From: an uncultured delta proteobacterium
Lineage (GTDB): Bacteria; Myxococcota_A; Polyangia; Fen-1088
DNA length: 64,000 bases
Assembly: GCA_963824555.1 (NCBI GenBank)
Contig: CAWGPW010000043.1
Span: forward strand, 68,763 to 132,762
Direction of reading: 5' to 3'
Both the position numbers and the translations under genes were made by a program. The notes beneath the pieces are model-generated. The model made no database searches, was not told the DNA's origin, and saw nothing but the letters and a program-made list of their open reading frames with translations. Below are positions 21,144 through 30,201 of this stretch, piece by piece (position 1 is the first letter of the stretch; every line of letters begins with the position of its first letter).

Positions 21144-21431
21144 GTGATTCACAGCTTCGCGGACGCCCGAACAGCGGATCTCTGGGAGAGCAAGACCAGT
21201 GCCAGAGTTCGGCAAGTCCCGCCCGATGTGCAGCATCGCGCCTTCAAAAAGCTTATCACCATCGATGCGGCGGAAGAGCTCGAGGACTTGAGGCAACCTC
21301 CGTCGAATCGACTGGAGAAGTTGAAGGGGGATCGCGTGGAGCAATACTCCATTCGAGTCAACGATCAATGGAGGATTTGCTTTCGCTGGTTGGGCGGAGC
21401 GCATGACGTCGAACTGACGGATTATCACTAG
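21144..21431 (+). CDS. higB: HigB toxin (RelE/ParE superfamily, plasmid maintenance killer)
   Basis: Motifs ELEDLRQPPSNRLEKLKGDR...YSIRVNDQWRICFRW...VELTDYH are textbook HigB. About 54% GC. Confidence 0.85.
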   Translation: MIHSFADARTADLWESKTSARVRQVPPDVQHRAFKKLITIDAAEELEDLRQPPSNRLEKLKGDRVEQYSIRVNDQWRICFRWLGGAHDVELTDYH

Positions 21432-21471
21432 GAAACCGACAGTAGGGAATTCAGCAGCACCGGAGAGAGAC

Positions 21472-21825
21472 ATGGCATCCATACCAAACAAGGGGCTTCC
21501 AGGCAGAATCACCCCTCACCCAGGCGAGTTTCTGCGAGAGATGCTCGAGGAACTGGGCGTCTCGCAGACGACTTTTCACCAGCGGACAGGCATGTCCATG
21601 CAGAGGATAAGCGAGATCATCAATGGAAAGCGTGGCGTTACTCCCGAGACCGCTTGGATTCTAGGCGGTGCATTTGGCCAGACGCCGAAGTACTGGCTCA
21701 ATCTTCAGGCAATGCACGATCTCACGAGGACAAGGCCGGTGCGACCGGTCGCTCGTATGCCTGAAGCGCTCAAGGCTGCGGGCTCAGTGTCCATTTCTGC
21801 GGTGCTGCGAACGAGGACGTTCTGA
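21472..21825 (+). CDS. higA: HigA antitoxin (XRE-family HTH)
   Basis: HPGEFLREMLEELGVSQTTFHQRTGMSMQRISEIINGKRGVTPETAWILGGAFGQTPKYWLNLQAMHDL is HigA-type HTH. Sits downstream of higB (toxin-first order). Confidence 0.85.
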   Translation: MASIPNKGLPGRITPHPGEFLREMLEELGVSQTTFHQRTGMSMQRISEIINGKRGVTPETAWILGGAFGQTPKYWLNLQAMHDLTRTRPVRPVARMPEALKAAGSVSISAVLRTRTF

Positions 21826-21850
21826 GCTTCTTGTTCGCAACACAACGGCT

Positions 21851-21975
21851 GTCCGCCGCAAAAACTCGGTACGAAGTCGAACCGACCCGAGTTCTCCCGA
21901 GATCTGTCGGGGGCTCGTCTCGTGGGAGGCATTTTTCCGCGATGCTTGGTGAAATCCTCAAGACCGTGCTGAGCG
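21851..21975. repeat. Copy A of a ~125-bp dispersed repeat (coding potential on both strands)
   Basis: GCCGCAAAAACTCGGTACGAAGTCGAACCGACCCGAGTT...CGCGATGCTTGGTGAAATCCTCAAGACCGTGCTGAGCG, about 85% identical to 22716..22838. Confidence 0.6.
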
Positions 21976-22165
21976 AGTTGCCGATCGAGACCATGAGAAT
22001 CCGCGCTTCTTGATCCGCGACTGTGATTCCATGGTGGCCAAGCCATCCTCACTTTGCGCGCCCTGGAGCAAAGCAACCCGTGATGTCCGAAAACCCGTCG
22101 CCGAGGCTCATGCGGCCTTGCGGGAGTAGTAGTTCAGCACGCTCAACGATTTGCCGAGGCAGTGC

Positions 22166-22402
22166 CTAGCGAGTGATCGGTCTTCTTGCCTGATGGTAGA
22201 TACGGACGATTCGAAGAATGTCATCTTCGCGCTGGTAGTAGATTCGATATGGAGAGACAGGCCAGCTCCTTACGATTGCACCGGAACGAAGCCGACGTTG
22301 CGGGCCTTCGAAGTCAGCCTCAGCCAGACGATGTACGAGTTCAGCAATGCTGCCATGCAGGTGCGCTGCAGCAGCCGGATTGCGGCCACGAAGAAACTCC
22401 AA
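22166..22402 (-). CDS. ParE/RelE-family toxin (N-terminus possibly extended via non-ATG start)
   Basis: SPYRIYYQREDDILRIVRIYHQARRP is a ParE-like C-terminal signature. Confidence 0.55.
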   Translation of the reverse strand: MEFLRGRNPAAAAHLHGSIAELVHRLAEADFEGPQRRLRSGAIVRSWPVSPYRIYYQREDDILRIVRIYHQARRPITR

Positions 22403-22446
22403 GGCCCCGAGAAGATTCTACTCGGCCTCCGGAGCAAAGACGACCT

Positions 22447-22662
22447 TCAACGACGCAGGCTTTCTTCGATGCGATGAAATACGGCGCTCGCATCGACCCC
22501 TCGCCCCTGGCGCAGAGATTCGAGGGCCACTTCCAACCCCGCTTCCTCATCAGGTGATAGATCGGGCGCGGCATCGACGGCATCGACGACATAGCGCCTC
22601 TCCGGGAGGGAGCGCAATTCCTGGGGGACATCTCTGCCGTTCCAGTGGAGCACGACGGACAT
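22447..22662 (-). CDS. Putative antitoxin partner of ParE-like toxin (addiction-module component-like). Start uncertain.
   Basis: LSPDEEAGLEVALESL...VDASAVFHRIEESL resembles the LSPEER...L..SL addiction-module antitoxin motif. Lies immediately upstream of the toxin on the same strand. Confidence 0.35.
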   Translation of the reverse strand: MSVVLHWNGRDVPQELRSLPERRYVVDAVDAAPDLSPDEEAGLEVALESLRQGRGVDASAVFHRIEESLRR

Positions 22663-22715
22663 GCAAGGAATGATACCGCACCCATGGTTGGGGGCGCCAG
22701 GCAGGTCATCAACTT

Positions 22716-22838
22716 GTGTGCCGCAGAAACTCGGTACCAGGTCCGACCGACCTCGGGTTTTGCCTGGATTCATCGCCTGATCCGCTTCTGCTAGCCTTTG
22801 CGTCGCGATGCTCATCGAAATCCTCAAGTCCGCGCTGG
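22716..22838. repeat. Copy B of the ~125-bp dispersed repeat
   Basis: GCCGCAGAAACTCGGTACCAGGTCCGACCGACCTCGGGTT...CGCGATGCTCATCGAAATCCTCAAGTCCGCGCTGGGCG. Confidence 0.6.
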
Positions 22839-23126
22839 GCGCACTGCGTTCTCACTTCCGCTCCCGCGCCGCTGCCGCAAGTCGCGGAAATCGCCAACCC
22901 CATCCAGTCGCTCATGCCGCTGCGGGGGACGCTGGCGGCCCTCGACCACATCCAGCGTGTATGCAGCGGTGCGCAAGTCGCCCACCAGCTCCGCTTGGTC
23001 GGCCATCCATTGGTACAGTGGGCTGCCAAGCCAGTTCCGCACGGTCGTCGCCGCACGGTGACCTCGGACGGCTGGCTGAGACCTCTTATCGGATCAGACC
23101 GAGAGCAAGCGGCGATGGCACCGATC

Positions 23127-26075
23127 CTATTGGCTTCCGCCGTCCAACCTGACGCTACCGCCAGCGCCGCCGCTTCCCCGTGTGCTCCCATCGGCTCCGC
23201 CAGCCCCGCCGGTCGAGGCGACGACAGCGGAGTGGCAGTTGATGTCGCAGATCTGGCCCGCCAGCCCGTTGGCCGCGCCCAGGTCACAGGTCTCACCGAG
23301 CGATGGGTCGACGAAACCGTCCCCGCAGAAGTGCGGTTTCAAGCAGCCGCGGGTGCATCCGTCGGTTCCCAGGCTGGTGTCGCCATTGAGTTTGCCGAGG
23401 TCACACTGTTCGCCGGGGTCTTTGCGGCCATCGCCGCAGTAGGGCCCAAAACTGCATAGGGTCGTGCAGCCGCCGTAGGTGGCGTCGTTGTTCGGCCCAG
23501 GACAACCGGACGGAAGCGGCCCCGTTCCATCGCCACAGTCGCATTGCTCGTCCACGGCGACGAGCCCATCGCCGCAGCGAGGCCTGCATTCGGATCGCTT
23601 GGCGATTGGACCGCTCAGCGTGATCTGCAAGTCCGACACGGGCGGATGCCTGTTGGCGCCGAAGATGGCAAGCTCGTAGACCTTACCCGTGGTGAGGCCA
23701 AGCGGAACGGTGCGTACCCGGAAATCGTCGGGCGTCGCTGCGCCTGGGCTCGTCAGATTGGCGGGCGCGCAGGCATTCGAACCGACGGTGGTGCCCGAAA
23801 TGTTTCCAGCCGTATCGAGACAGCCGCCTTCCGTGACCTGCGCGTCGCCCGGGTCGCCGACGACCGTGACCTTGCCGGGCAACAACGTATGGGTCCCCCC
23901 CAAGTCGAGGACGAGAATTCCGTCGATGAAGACGAAGGTATCGTCGCCGCCGAGGATGCTGAAACCGATGCCCATGGAACCGTCGTAGACGAAGTTGTAG
24001 CGAGCTTCCACGGTGAAATAGAAGTCGTGCTTGATGCCAGGCACCGCCGTGACCCAACAGCCATCGGACACTGCGTCCCCGGCAACACAGTCGGACTGGG
24101 TCACGCGGGGCGAATAGAGATACTGATCTCCCGTGCAAGTGCTCCAGATTGGATTTCCATCGTAGCGATTCCAATAGGGGGTTAAATTGCACAGCGTGGC
24201 CTGGCTGGGATTGAGCACATCGAGAGGAAAGAAGCCGCCAGCGGCGAGATGCGACTTGCTGGCATATTGGTAAAGGTTGGTGCCAAGCGAAGGCAATTCA
24301 AGAATGGTGGGGAAGGTCTTGTTGACCGTGCTGTCGTCATTGAACCATTGGTTGAAGCTCTCGGCGTTCTCGTACGCGGGCACCATACCTTTCCAGAGTG
24401 GAATGGTTGGGCTCCCCGAGCTCAGAATTGCGTCGTTCCTGAAGCCGCCATTGCCATCGGACAGAGGGCTGTCATTGGCGGCCTCGGTGTAGCCGCCCTG
24501 AATACGACTGGAATTGCCTATGCTCCAGTCGCTGAGCTGGCACGTGCAGGTCGTCGTCGAGCCAGGTTGCGGTTTGCCGTTCGACAGGGTTTGTCCCACG
24601 ATGCCCCAGCAGCGCGCCGTCGAATCGTTGCCCTTGGCCGGTCCGCCCGATTCGGGAATGCACCAAGTTGTGGGGGCGCTGGAGCCTCCGGCCCTTGTGC
24701 CGAGAAAGAGGAAATCCGGGTGTCCCCCCGAGGTTGCGTTTTCGGGCTGGAAATCACGGTAGATGACGGGCAGCTCGAGGCATTGGCCCGAGCCCGATTG
24801 GCACGTCGAGGAGGTCTGGACGGTTGTCACCGAACAGGTGAAACCATCCTCCACCTTGCACGTCGAGGAACAGCCATCTCCATCCGCCAAGTTCCCGTCG
24901 TCGCAGTCTTCCCCAGGATCCAGATTGCCGTCGCCACAGGACGTGGTGCAAGCCTGGGTCTTGCCGCTGCCATCCTTGCACACCGGCTCCCGGGTGCAGG
25001 TCCTGGAACAGCCTTTGCCGTCGCCGTAGAACAGGCCATTGATGGACTTGCAGCCACTCGGAAGGTTCATCGGGTCGAGCCCACAGTCACACTGTTCACC
25101 GGTTTCGACCTTGCCATTGCCACAGAGCGACCTCGTGCAGGCCTTGCCCGGCGTGGGGCATTGGGCACCGGGCTCCACACGGCAGGTGCTGGAACACCCG
25201 TCGCCGCTGGCCGAGTTGCCATCGTCGCAAGCCTCCGAGCCGATCACCTTGCCGTCCCCACAAAGCGGCGAGCAGCTTCTCCCCGGCACGCGACACTCGT
25301 AGCCGTCTTCAACGGTCTGGCAGCCGGCGGAGCAGCCGTCGCCAGAGACCGTGTTGCCGTCATCGCAAGTCTCCGGCCAGACCAGCACGCCATCACCACA
25401 CCCGAGGATGTGGAGGCACCCTTCGGCAAGAACCGGACATGCCCATCCGTCCTCCACCTGACAGCTTGAAGCGCAACCGTCGCCGGACACCTTGTTGGCA
25501 TCGTCACATGCTTCGCCCGGATCGAGACGCCCGTTTCCACACAACGCCGGGTCGACCTTGGCGTCGAACCTGGGGGCAGCGTCGGCCTGCGTCGTTCCGC
25601 CGCTTCCGCCATCGGTCTTGACGCCGCCCGAGCCACCCGTGCCGGTCGCAGCCCCGTCCACACGTGTGCCGCCCGAGCCAACCAGTCCGGTCACATCGGG
25701 ATTAACCCATGCATCGAGGTGGCTTGCGTCTGGGCCCCCATTACCCGCGGTGTTTGTTCCGGCACCTCCAGCGTCGTCGCTGCCACCAGCGCCTCCCGTA
25801 CCGCCGGAGCCGGTCGTGGCCGCTCCAGAGCCCCCTGTGGCGAAGCCGGTGCTGCCAAGGTCAGCCCGTCCGTCCGAGGAAGATCCCCCGGTTGTCCCGG
25901 AATCGCTTGCCGTGGGGCCATGCGGGAGGCCTTTGCTGGACGAGCAAGCCATCGCAGCCAAGACAACAAAGCCGGCAAGGCCGAGTGTGGCGGTCGTGGG
26001 GAGACAATGGTCCAAGCTGCGTGTGCGATGGTCGAGAGAGGGCACTGGGGCGGTAGCGATGGACTGGGCGAACAT
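23127..26075 (-). CDS. Large secreted lipoprotein: Myxococcus Cys-rich repeats + fibro-slime (PA14-like) domain + Gly-rich linker
   Basis: Signal + AAMAC lipobox. Repeated CGNGxxExGExCDDGN and CGDGxxxxxExCDxG units. YRDF...HPDF block typical of the fibro-slime domain. Confidence 0.7.
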   Translation of the reverse strand: MFAQSIATAPVPSLDHRTRSLDHCLPTTATLGLAGFVVLAAMACSSSKGLPHGPTASDSGTTGGSSSDGRADLGSTGFATGGSGAATTGSGGTGGAGGSDDAGGAGTNTAGNGGPDASHLDAWVNPDVTGLVGSGGTRVDGAATGTGGSGGVKTDGGSGGTTQADAAPRFDAKVDPALCGNGRLDPGEACDDANKVSGDGCASSCQVEDGWACPVLAEGCLHILGCGDGVLVWPETCDDGNTVSGDGCSAGCQTVEDGYECRVPGRSCSPLCGDGKVIGSEACDDGNSASGDGCSSTCRVEPGAQCPTPGKACTRSLCGNGKVETGEQCDCGLDPMNLPSGCKSINGLFYGDGKGCSRTCTREPVCKDGSGKTQACTTSCGDGNLDPGEDCDDGNLADGDGCSSTCKVEDGFTCSVTTVQTSSTCQSGSGQCLELPVIYRDFQPENATSGGHPDFLFLGTRAGGSSAPTTWCIPESGGPAKGNDSTARCWGIVGQTLSNGKPQPGSTTTCTCQLSDWSIGNSSRIQGGYTEAANDSPLSDGNGGFRNDAILSSGSPTIPLWKGMVPAYENAESFNQWFNDDSTVNKTFPTILELPSLGTNLYQYASKSHLAAGGFFPLDVLNPSQATLCNLTPYWNRYDGNPIWSTCTGDQYLYSPRVTQSDCVAGDAVSDGCWVTAVPGIKHDFYFTVEARYNFVYDGSMGIGFSILGGDDTFVFIDGILVLDLGGTHTLLPGKVTVVGDPGDAQVTEGGCLDTAGNISGTTVGSNACAPANLTSPGAATPDDFRVRTVPLGLTTGKVYELAIFGANRHPPVSDLQITLSGPIAKRSECRPRCGDGLVAVDEQCDCGDGTGPLPSGCPGPNNDATYGGCTTLCSFGPYCGDGRKDPGEQCDLGKLNGDTSLGTDGCTRGCLKPHFCGDGFVDPSLGETCDLGAANGLAGQICDINCHSAVVASTGGAGGADGSTRGSGGAGGSVRLDGGSQ

Positions 26076-26404
26076 AGTCGCATTGGACCCGCGATCGGGC
26101 CCAATCGCAATGGTTTGATGACAGACAGCTTGAGCAAGCCGGCCGCTTGCTAGTGTGCGACGGTAGCCTCGCCCACGGGGGCACCGGGCGGATCTGACTG
26201 GTGGGAAACGGAACGACAAGGACGTCTCCGAAGCGGTAGGGCATGGTGCCGACCTTCAGACGTCGTTGTAAACGCCGTCCTCGGGATTGTCCCAGACCTT
26301 GGCGAAGGCAGGCGAGATTCGCAATCACGCACGAGGGCGAGAACCCGGCCACGGACGTCCCCAAGGGATCGCGGCAACAAAATAGGCTTGACACCCGAAG
26401 ATTC

Positions 26405-26420
26405 TGTGAATATATTCACA
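26405..26420. promoter_or_regulatory. Rex operator (perfect palindrome TGTGAATATATTCACA) overlapping the rex start region
   Basis: Matches Rex consensus TTGTGAA-N4-TTCACAA. 16-bp perfect inverted repeat located 6 nt upstream of the rex GTG. Confidence 0.7.
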
Positions 26421-26425
26421 ACATC

Positions 26426-27109
26426 GTGAGCGAACCGGCCGTAACTCCAGAAGCCATCCCCCAGGCTGGGGAAGCAAGCAGGAAAACCGAGCGCCATGTC
26501 TCGGTTTCCACGGTGGAGCGGCTGTCCGTCTACCGCAAGCTCCTGGAAGAGCTGCACTACGACGGCGTAGAATACGTCTACTCGCAGCAATTGGCCGAAA
26601 TGGTCGGGGTGACGCCGGCTCAGCTGCGTCGCGACCTGGCCAGCTTCGGCTCGTTCGGCAACATCAGCCGCGGCTACAACGTCTACCAGCTCACCCGCAC
26701 CATCAGCCACATCTTGGGCACCGATTCGCCCCAAACCGTGGCTTTGTTCGGGGCCGGCGATTTGGGCCGTTCGCTGCTCGCCTACCGCGGCTTCGAGGAG
26801 CGTGGTTTCCACATCGGCCTGATCTTCGATCTGGACGCCGAGAAGGCGGGCAAGGTCTTCGCCGGCCGTCGCTGCTACGCCGTCGAGGACATGGAGAAGG
26901 TCCTGCCCGAGCTCGACGTCCGCATCGCGGTCCTGGCTTGTCGGCCCCCCGGTCTGCAGCAGCTCGTGGACCGGCTGGCCAAGCTTGGAATCTTGTCCAT
27001 TCTCAACTTCGTTCCAAAGCGCGTCACCCCCGCACCAGGAGGCTACGTCGAGAGCATCGACATCGCTGCCAAGCTCGAAAAGCTCTCGTTCCTTAGCCAG
27101 AAGAAGTAG
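26426..27109 (+). CDS. rex: Redox-sensing transcriptional repressor Rex (GTG start inferred)
   Basis: N-terminal winged helix (ERLSVYRKLLEEL, QQLAEMVGVTPAQLRRDL) and Rossmann NAD(H) site (VALFGAGDLGRSLL). Confidence 0.85.
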   Translation: MSEPAVTPEAIPQAGEASRKTERHVSVSTVERLSVYRKLLEELHYDGVEYVYSQQLAEMVGVTPAQLRRDLASFGSFGNISRGYNVYQLTRTISHILGTDSPQTVALFGAGDLGRSLLAYRGFEERGFHIGLIFDLDAEKAGKVFAGRRCYAVEDMEKVLPELDVRIAVLACRPPGLQQLVDRLAKLGILSILNFVPKRVTPAPGGYVESIDIAAKLEKLSFLSQKK

Positions 27110-27159
27110 GTCGGGATGGGCAAGATGTGTACCAAAGGAACGCCACCCCCATGTTAAAA

Positions 27160-27181
27160 CTGTGAAACATTTCACTGTGAA
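27160..27181. promoter_or_regulatory. Rex-like operator(s) upstream of the hydrogenase/regulator operon
   Basis: CTGTGAAACATTTCACTGTGAAC: half-sites TGTGAA-N4-TTCACt plus an overlapping TTCAC-TG-TGAA, about 65 nt upstream of the receiver gene. Confidence 0.55.
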
Positions 27182-27244
27182 CTGGATAACCGATAAGCGT
27201 CTGTTCCGCAATGCACAGTAGGCCCAGGACCAAGGAGAAAAGCC

Positions 27245-27664
27245 ATGAAGAAGCGCGTTTTGCTCGTCGACGATGACAAAGATCTCGTGGGGTCGCTCAA
27301 GGTCGTTCTCGAAGCCAACGGCTTCGAGGTCGCGACCGCCCACAACGGAAGCGACGGGCTGGCGCAGGTGGCCGCGCAGCGTCCCGACGCCATCGTTCTC
27401 GATGTCATGATGGACACCGACACCGAGGGGTTTGGCGTGGCTTACAAGCTGGAAGGCGATCCCGCCACGCGCCGCATTCCCATCGTGCTTCTGACGGGCT
27501 TCATGGACCACATGAAGGAAAAGCGCGAGTCCTTCGACTTCATCACCGGGCGCGATTGGCCGGCGGCGAAGTTGATGAAGAAGCCCGTCGTCGCCGCCGA
27601 GCTCGTGGCCGCCCTTCGCCAGCTTCTTGCCGAGGCGGAAGCCGTCGCCAGCGCGGTTGCCTAG
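27245..27664 (+). CDS. Stand-alone response-regulator receiver (CheY-like) protein
   Basis: 139 aa REC only (LLVDDD...AIVLDVMMD...KKP). No output domain. Confidence 0.8.
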   Translation: MKKRVLLVDDDKDLVGSLKVVLEANGFEVATAHNGSDGLAQVAAQRPDAIVLDVMMDTDTEGFGVAYKLEGDPATRRIPIVLLTGFMDHMKEKRESFDFITGRDWPAAKLMKKPVVAAELVAALRQLLAEAEAVASAVA

Positions 27665-27719
27665 TTCCCTCACCTATTCATCACCAAGCAGCAGCATCGC
27701 AGCACCCGAGGTAAGTCGT

Positions 27720-28202
27720 ATGTGTCAGGTCGATCAGATCATCGCGGGCCATGAGGAGCTTGGCAAAGAGCACCTCATCCCGCTTCTGCAGGAGATTCAG
27801 GCCAAGGAAGGCTACCTATCCCAGGCCGCCATGAACAAGGTGGCGGACGCCACTGGCGTTCCGCAGAGCCGTGTGTTCGGCGTTGCGACCTTCTACAACC
27901 AGTTCCGCTTTGCCCCCAAAGGCGCGCACGTCATCGAGGTGTGCCGGGGCACGGCCTGCCACGTGAAGCAGAGCTTGAAGCTGGCCCAGCACCTGACACG
28001 CAAGCTGAATCTCAAGCCGAACGGCAACTCGCCGGACGACAAGTTCACCGTCATCACGGTGGCTTGCCTCGGGGCGTGCTCCATCGCGCCGGTCATCAAG
28101 CTGGATGGCGAGTTCTACGGCCATCTCGACGTGGAAAAACTCGACCACCTGCTCGACGAGGCCGCGCAAGAGTGCAAAGGGGACAGCCATGCGGTCAAGT
28201 AA
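27720..28202 (+). CDS. NuoE-like [2Fe-2S] thioredoxin-fold subunit of NADH-dependent [FeFe]-hydrogenase (HydC/HndA-like)
   Basis: CRGTACHVKQ...VACLGACSIAPV [2Fe-2S] Cys pattern of the NuoE/HoxE family. Confidence 0.8.
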   Translation: MCQVDQIIAGHEELGKEHLIPLLQEIQAKEGYLSQAAMNKVADATGVPQSRVFGVATFYNQFRFAPKGAHVIEVCRGTACHVKQSLKLAQHLTRKLNLKPNGNSPDDKFTVITVACLGACSIAPVIKLDGEFYGHLDVEKLDHLLDEAAQECKGDSHAVK

Positions 28203-30201
28203 TCTGATTGCGGCGTGCTGCGAGCGCTGCACCCACCGGCCGGGCAACCCGTGTCGCGATTTGATCCGCTGCTTGGCCGAGGGGCCGATCTGTCACAGCG
28301 ACGATGCCTGCGCGAAGATGCGGCAAGAGCGCCTGGCGAATGCTCGGCGAGGCGGGCAGGGGACGCTCATCTTCGTCGGCGCCGGTACCTGCGGACGCGC
28401 CAACGGATCCACCAAGGTCATCGCCAGGATCGGTGCGTTCTTGGAAGAGCACAAGATCGCGGCGGAGCTCGTCGAGGTCGGATGCGTCGGCTACTGCCAG
28501 CGCGAGCTCTTCGTCGACATTCAGAAGCCAGGCGAGCCCAGGCTGGCCTACGCGGACATCAATCTGGGCAACGTCGATCAGTTGCTCGAAGCCGTGCTCC
28601 TGCGCCATGAAATGCGCAACGGCTTCCTCTACGGCCGGCATGGCGATGGCGGTCCGGCCTGGGCCGACGTTCCGGAAATCAACACCACTGATTTCTTCAA
28701 GAAGCAGGTGAAGGTGGTGCTGCGCAACTCGGGCATCATCGACCCGAGCACTCTCGATGCGGCGCTGGCGGCTGGAGCCTTCAAAGCCGCAGCCAAGGCG
28801 GTTTGCACCATGACGCCGGAGGAAGTCTGCAACGAAGTGTTGGCCGCCGGCCTGCGCGGACGCGGCGGTGCGGGTTTCCCGACCGGGCAAAAATGGAACA
28901 TCGCCCGCCAGACCCCGCGCGCGCAGAAGTACCTCATCTGCAACGCGGACGAGGGCGATCCCGGCGCCTTCATGGATCGCGCCGTGCTCGAAAGCGATCC
29001 CTTCTTCGTCATCGAGGGCATGCTCATCGCCGCCTACGCCATCGGCGCCAGCAAGGGCTACATCTACTGCCGGGCCGAGTACCCCTTGGCCGTCGAGCGT
29101 TTGACATCTGCCATCGCCCAATGCCGGCGCGTGGGCCTGCTCGGCAACAATATCCTCGGCAGCCTGTTTTCGTTCGACATCACCATCAAGCAGGGCGCCG
29201 GCGCCTTCGTGTGCGGCGAAGAAACCGCCATCCTGGCCAGCATCGAAGGTGGGCGCGGCATGCCCAGGCCGAGGCCGCCGTATCCCGCCGTCAGCGGCCT
29301 TTTCTGTAAGCCCACGGTGCTCAACAACGTCGAAACCCTGGCCAATGTGCCGGTCATCATCAATCGCGGCGCCGAGTACTTTCAGAATCTCGGGTTGGGC
29401 AAGGCGGCGGGCACCAAGGTGTTCGCGCTCTCCGGCGCCATCCGCAACACTGGCCTCGTGGAGGTTCCCGTCGGCATCAAGCTGCGTACCATCATCGAAG
29501 AGATCGGCGGCGGCGCGCTGCCGGGCCACAGGTTCAAGGCGGTGCAAATCGGCGGTCCGTCGGGCGGCTGCATTCCGGAGCAGCACCTCGACACGGTGAC
29601 CGACTACGCGGCCCTCATCGAGCTCGGCGCCATGATGGGGTCGGGCGGCATGGTGGTGATGGACGAACGCACCTGCATGGTCGACGTCGCTCGCTACTTC
29701 ATGGAGTTCATCCGCAACGAATCCTGCGGCAAGTGCACCCCGTGCCGCGAAGGCACCACGCGCATGCTGGAGATTCTGACCTCCATCACCGAGCGTCCGG
29801 TGGGCGACGAGGAACGGCGCCTGGAGCGTTTCCGCGGCGTGCTTCACCTGCAAGAGCTCGCCAGCACGGTCAAGGAAGCCTCGCTGTGCGGGCTCGGTCA
29901 ATCGGCGGGCAACCCGGTGCTGTCCACGCTGCGCTTCTTCCGTGACGAATACGAACGTCACGTCATCGACCAGCGCTGCCCCTCGGGCGAGTGCCAGGGG
30001 CTGGCCGTGTACGAGGTCGACAATGCCACCTGCATCGGGTGCCTTCTGTGCAAGAAGGCTTGCCCAAGCAACGCCATCGTCGGCGAACGCAAGCAGGCCC
30101 ACTACATCCTGGTCGACAAGTGCGTCGGCTGCGGCACCTGCGTCACCGCGTGTCCCAAGCATTCCATTCACCTTGTTAGCGAAGAGAGGGCCTGCGTATG
30201 A
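28189..30201 (+). CDS. NuoF-like NADH-binding FMN/FeS subunit (HydB/HndC-like) with N-terminal 2Fe-2S domain and C-terminal 2x[4Fe-4S]
   Basis: GLRGRGGAGFPTGQKW (FMN/NADH site). SCGKCTPCREG. C-terminal CIGCLLCKKACP...CVGCGTCVTACP. Overlaps neighbours (ATGA at both ends). Confidence 0.85.
   Translation: MRSSNLIAACCERCTHRPGNPCRDLIRCLAEGPICHSDDACAKMRQERLANARRGGQGTLIFVGAGTCGRANGSTKVIARIGAFLEEHKIAAELVEVGCVGYCQRELFVDIQKPGEPRLAYADINLGNVDQLLEAVLLRHEMRNGFLYGRHGDGGPAWADVPEINTTDFFKKQVKVVLRNSGIIDPSTLDAALAAGAFKAAAKAVCTMTPEEVCNEVLAAGLRGRGGAGFPTGQKWNIARQTPRAQKYLICNADEGDPGAFMDRAVLESDPFFVIEGMLIAAYAIGASKGYIYCRAEYPLAVERLTSAIAQCRRVGLLGNNILGSLFSFDITIKQGAGAFVCGEETAILASIEGGRGMPRPRPPYPAVSGLFCKPTVLNNVETLANVPVIINRGAEYFQNLGLGKAAGTKVFALSGAIRNTGLVEVPVGIKLRTIIEEIGGGALPGHRFKAVQIGGPSGGCIPEQHLDTVTDYAALIELGAMMGSGGMVVMDERTCMVDVARYFMEFIRNESCGKCTPCREGTTRMLEILTSITERPVGDEERRLERFRGVLHLQELASTVKEASLCGLGQSAGNPVLSTLRFFRDEYERHVIDQRCPSGECQGLAVYEVDNATCIGCLLCKKACPSNAIVGERKQAHYILVDKCVGCGTCVTACPKHSIHLVSEERACV

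Noticed and set aside
22824-23042. 72-aa minus-strand ORF with faint HigB-like RQ.PP...E.L.G segment
   Set aside because: Similarity is too weak and too short to support a toxin-fragment call.
22808-23152. 114-aa plus-strand ORF starting MLIEILKSALGAL
   Set aside because: Only the first ~14 residues are conserved with the other repeat copy. The remainder is Arg/Pro/Ala-rich read-through, so it is reported as a repeat element instead.
28195-30171. 658-aa ORF on minus strand (also 36689..38215, 38590..40362, 26150..27673, 49741..51615, 62752..63951)
   Set aside because: All are antisense to well-supported genes (nuoF-like, nuoEF, hydA2, rex, DUF1015, GAF-HD). Composition is typical of GC-rich non-coding frames.
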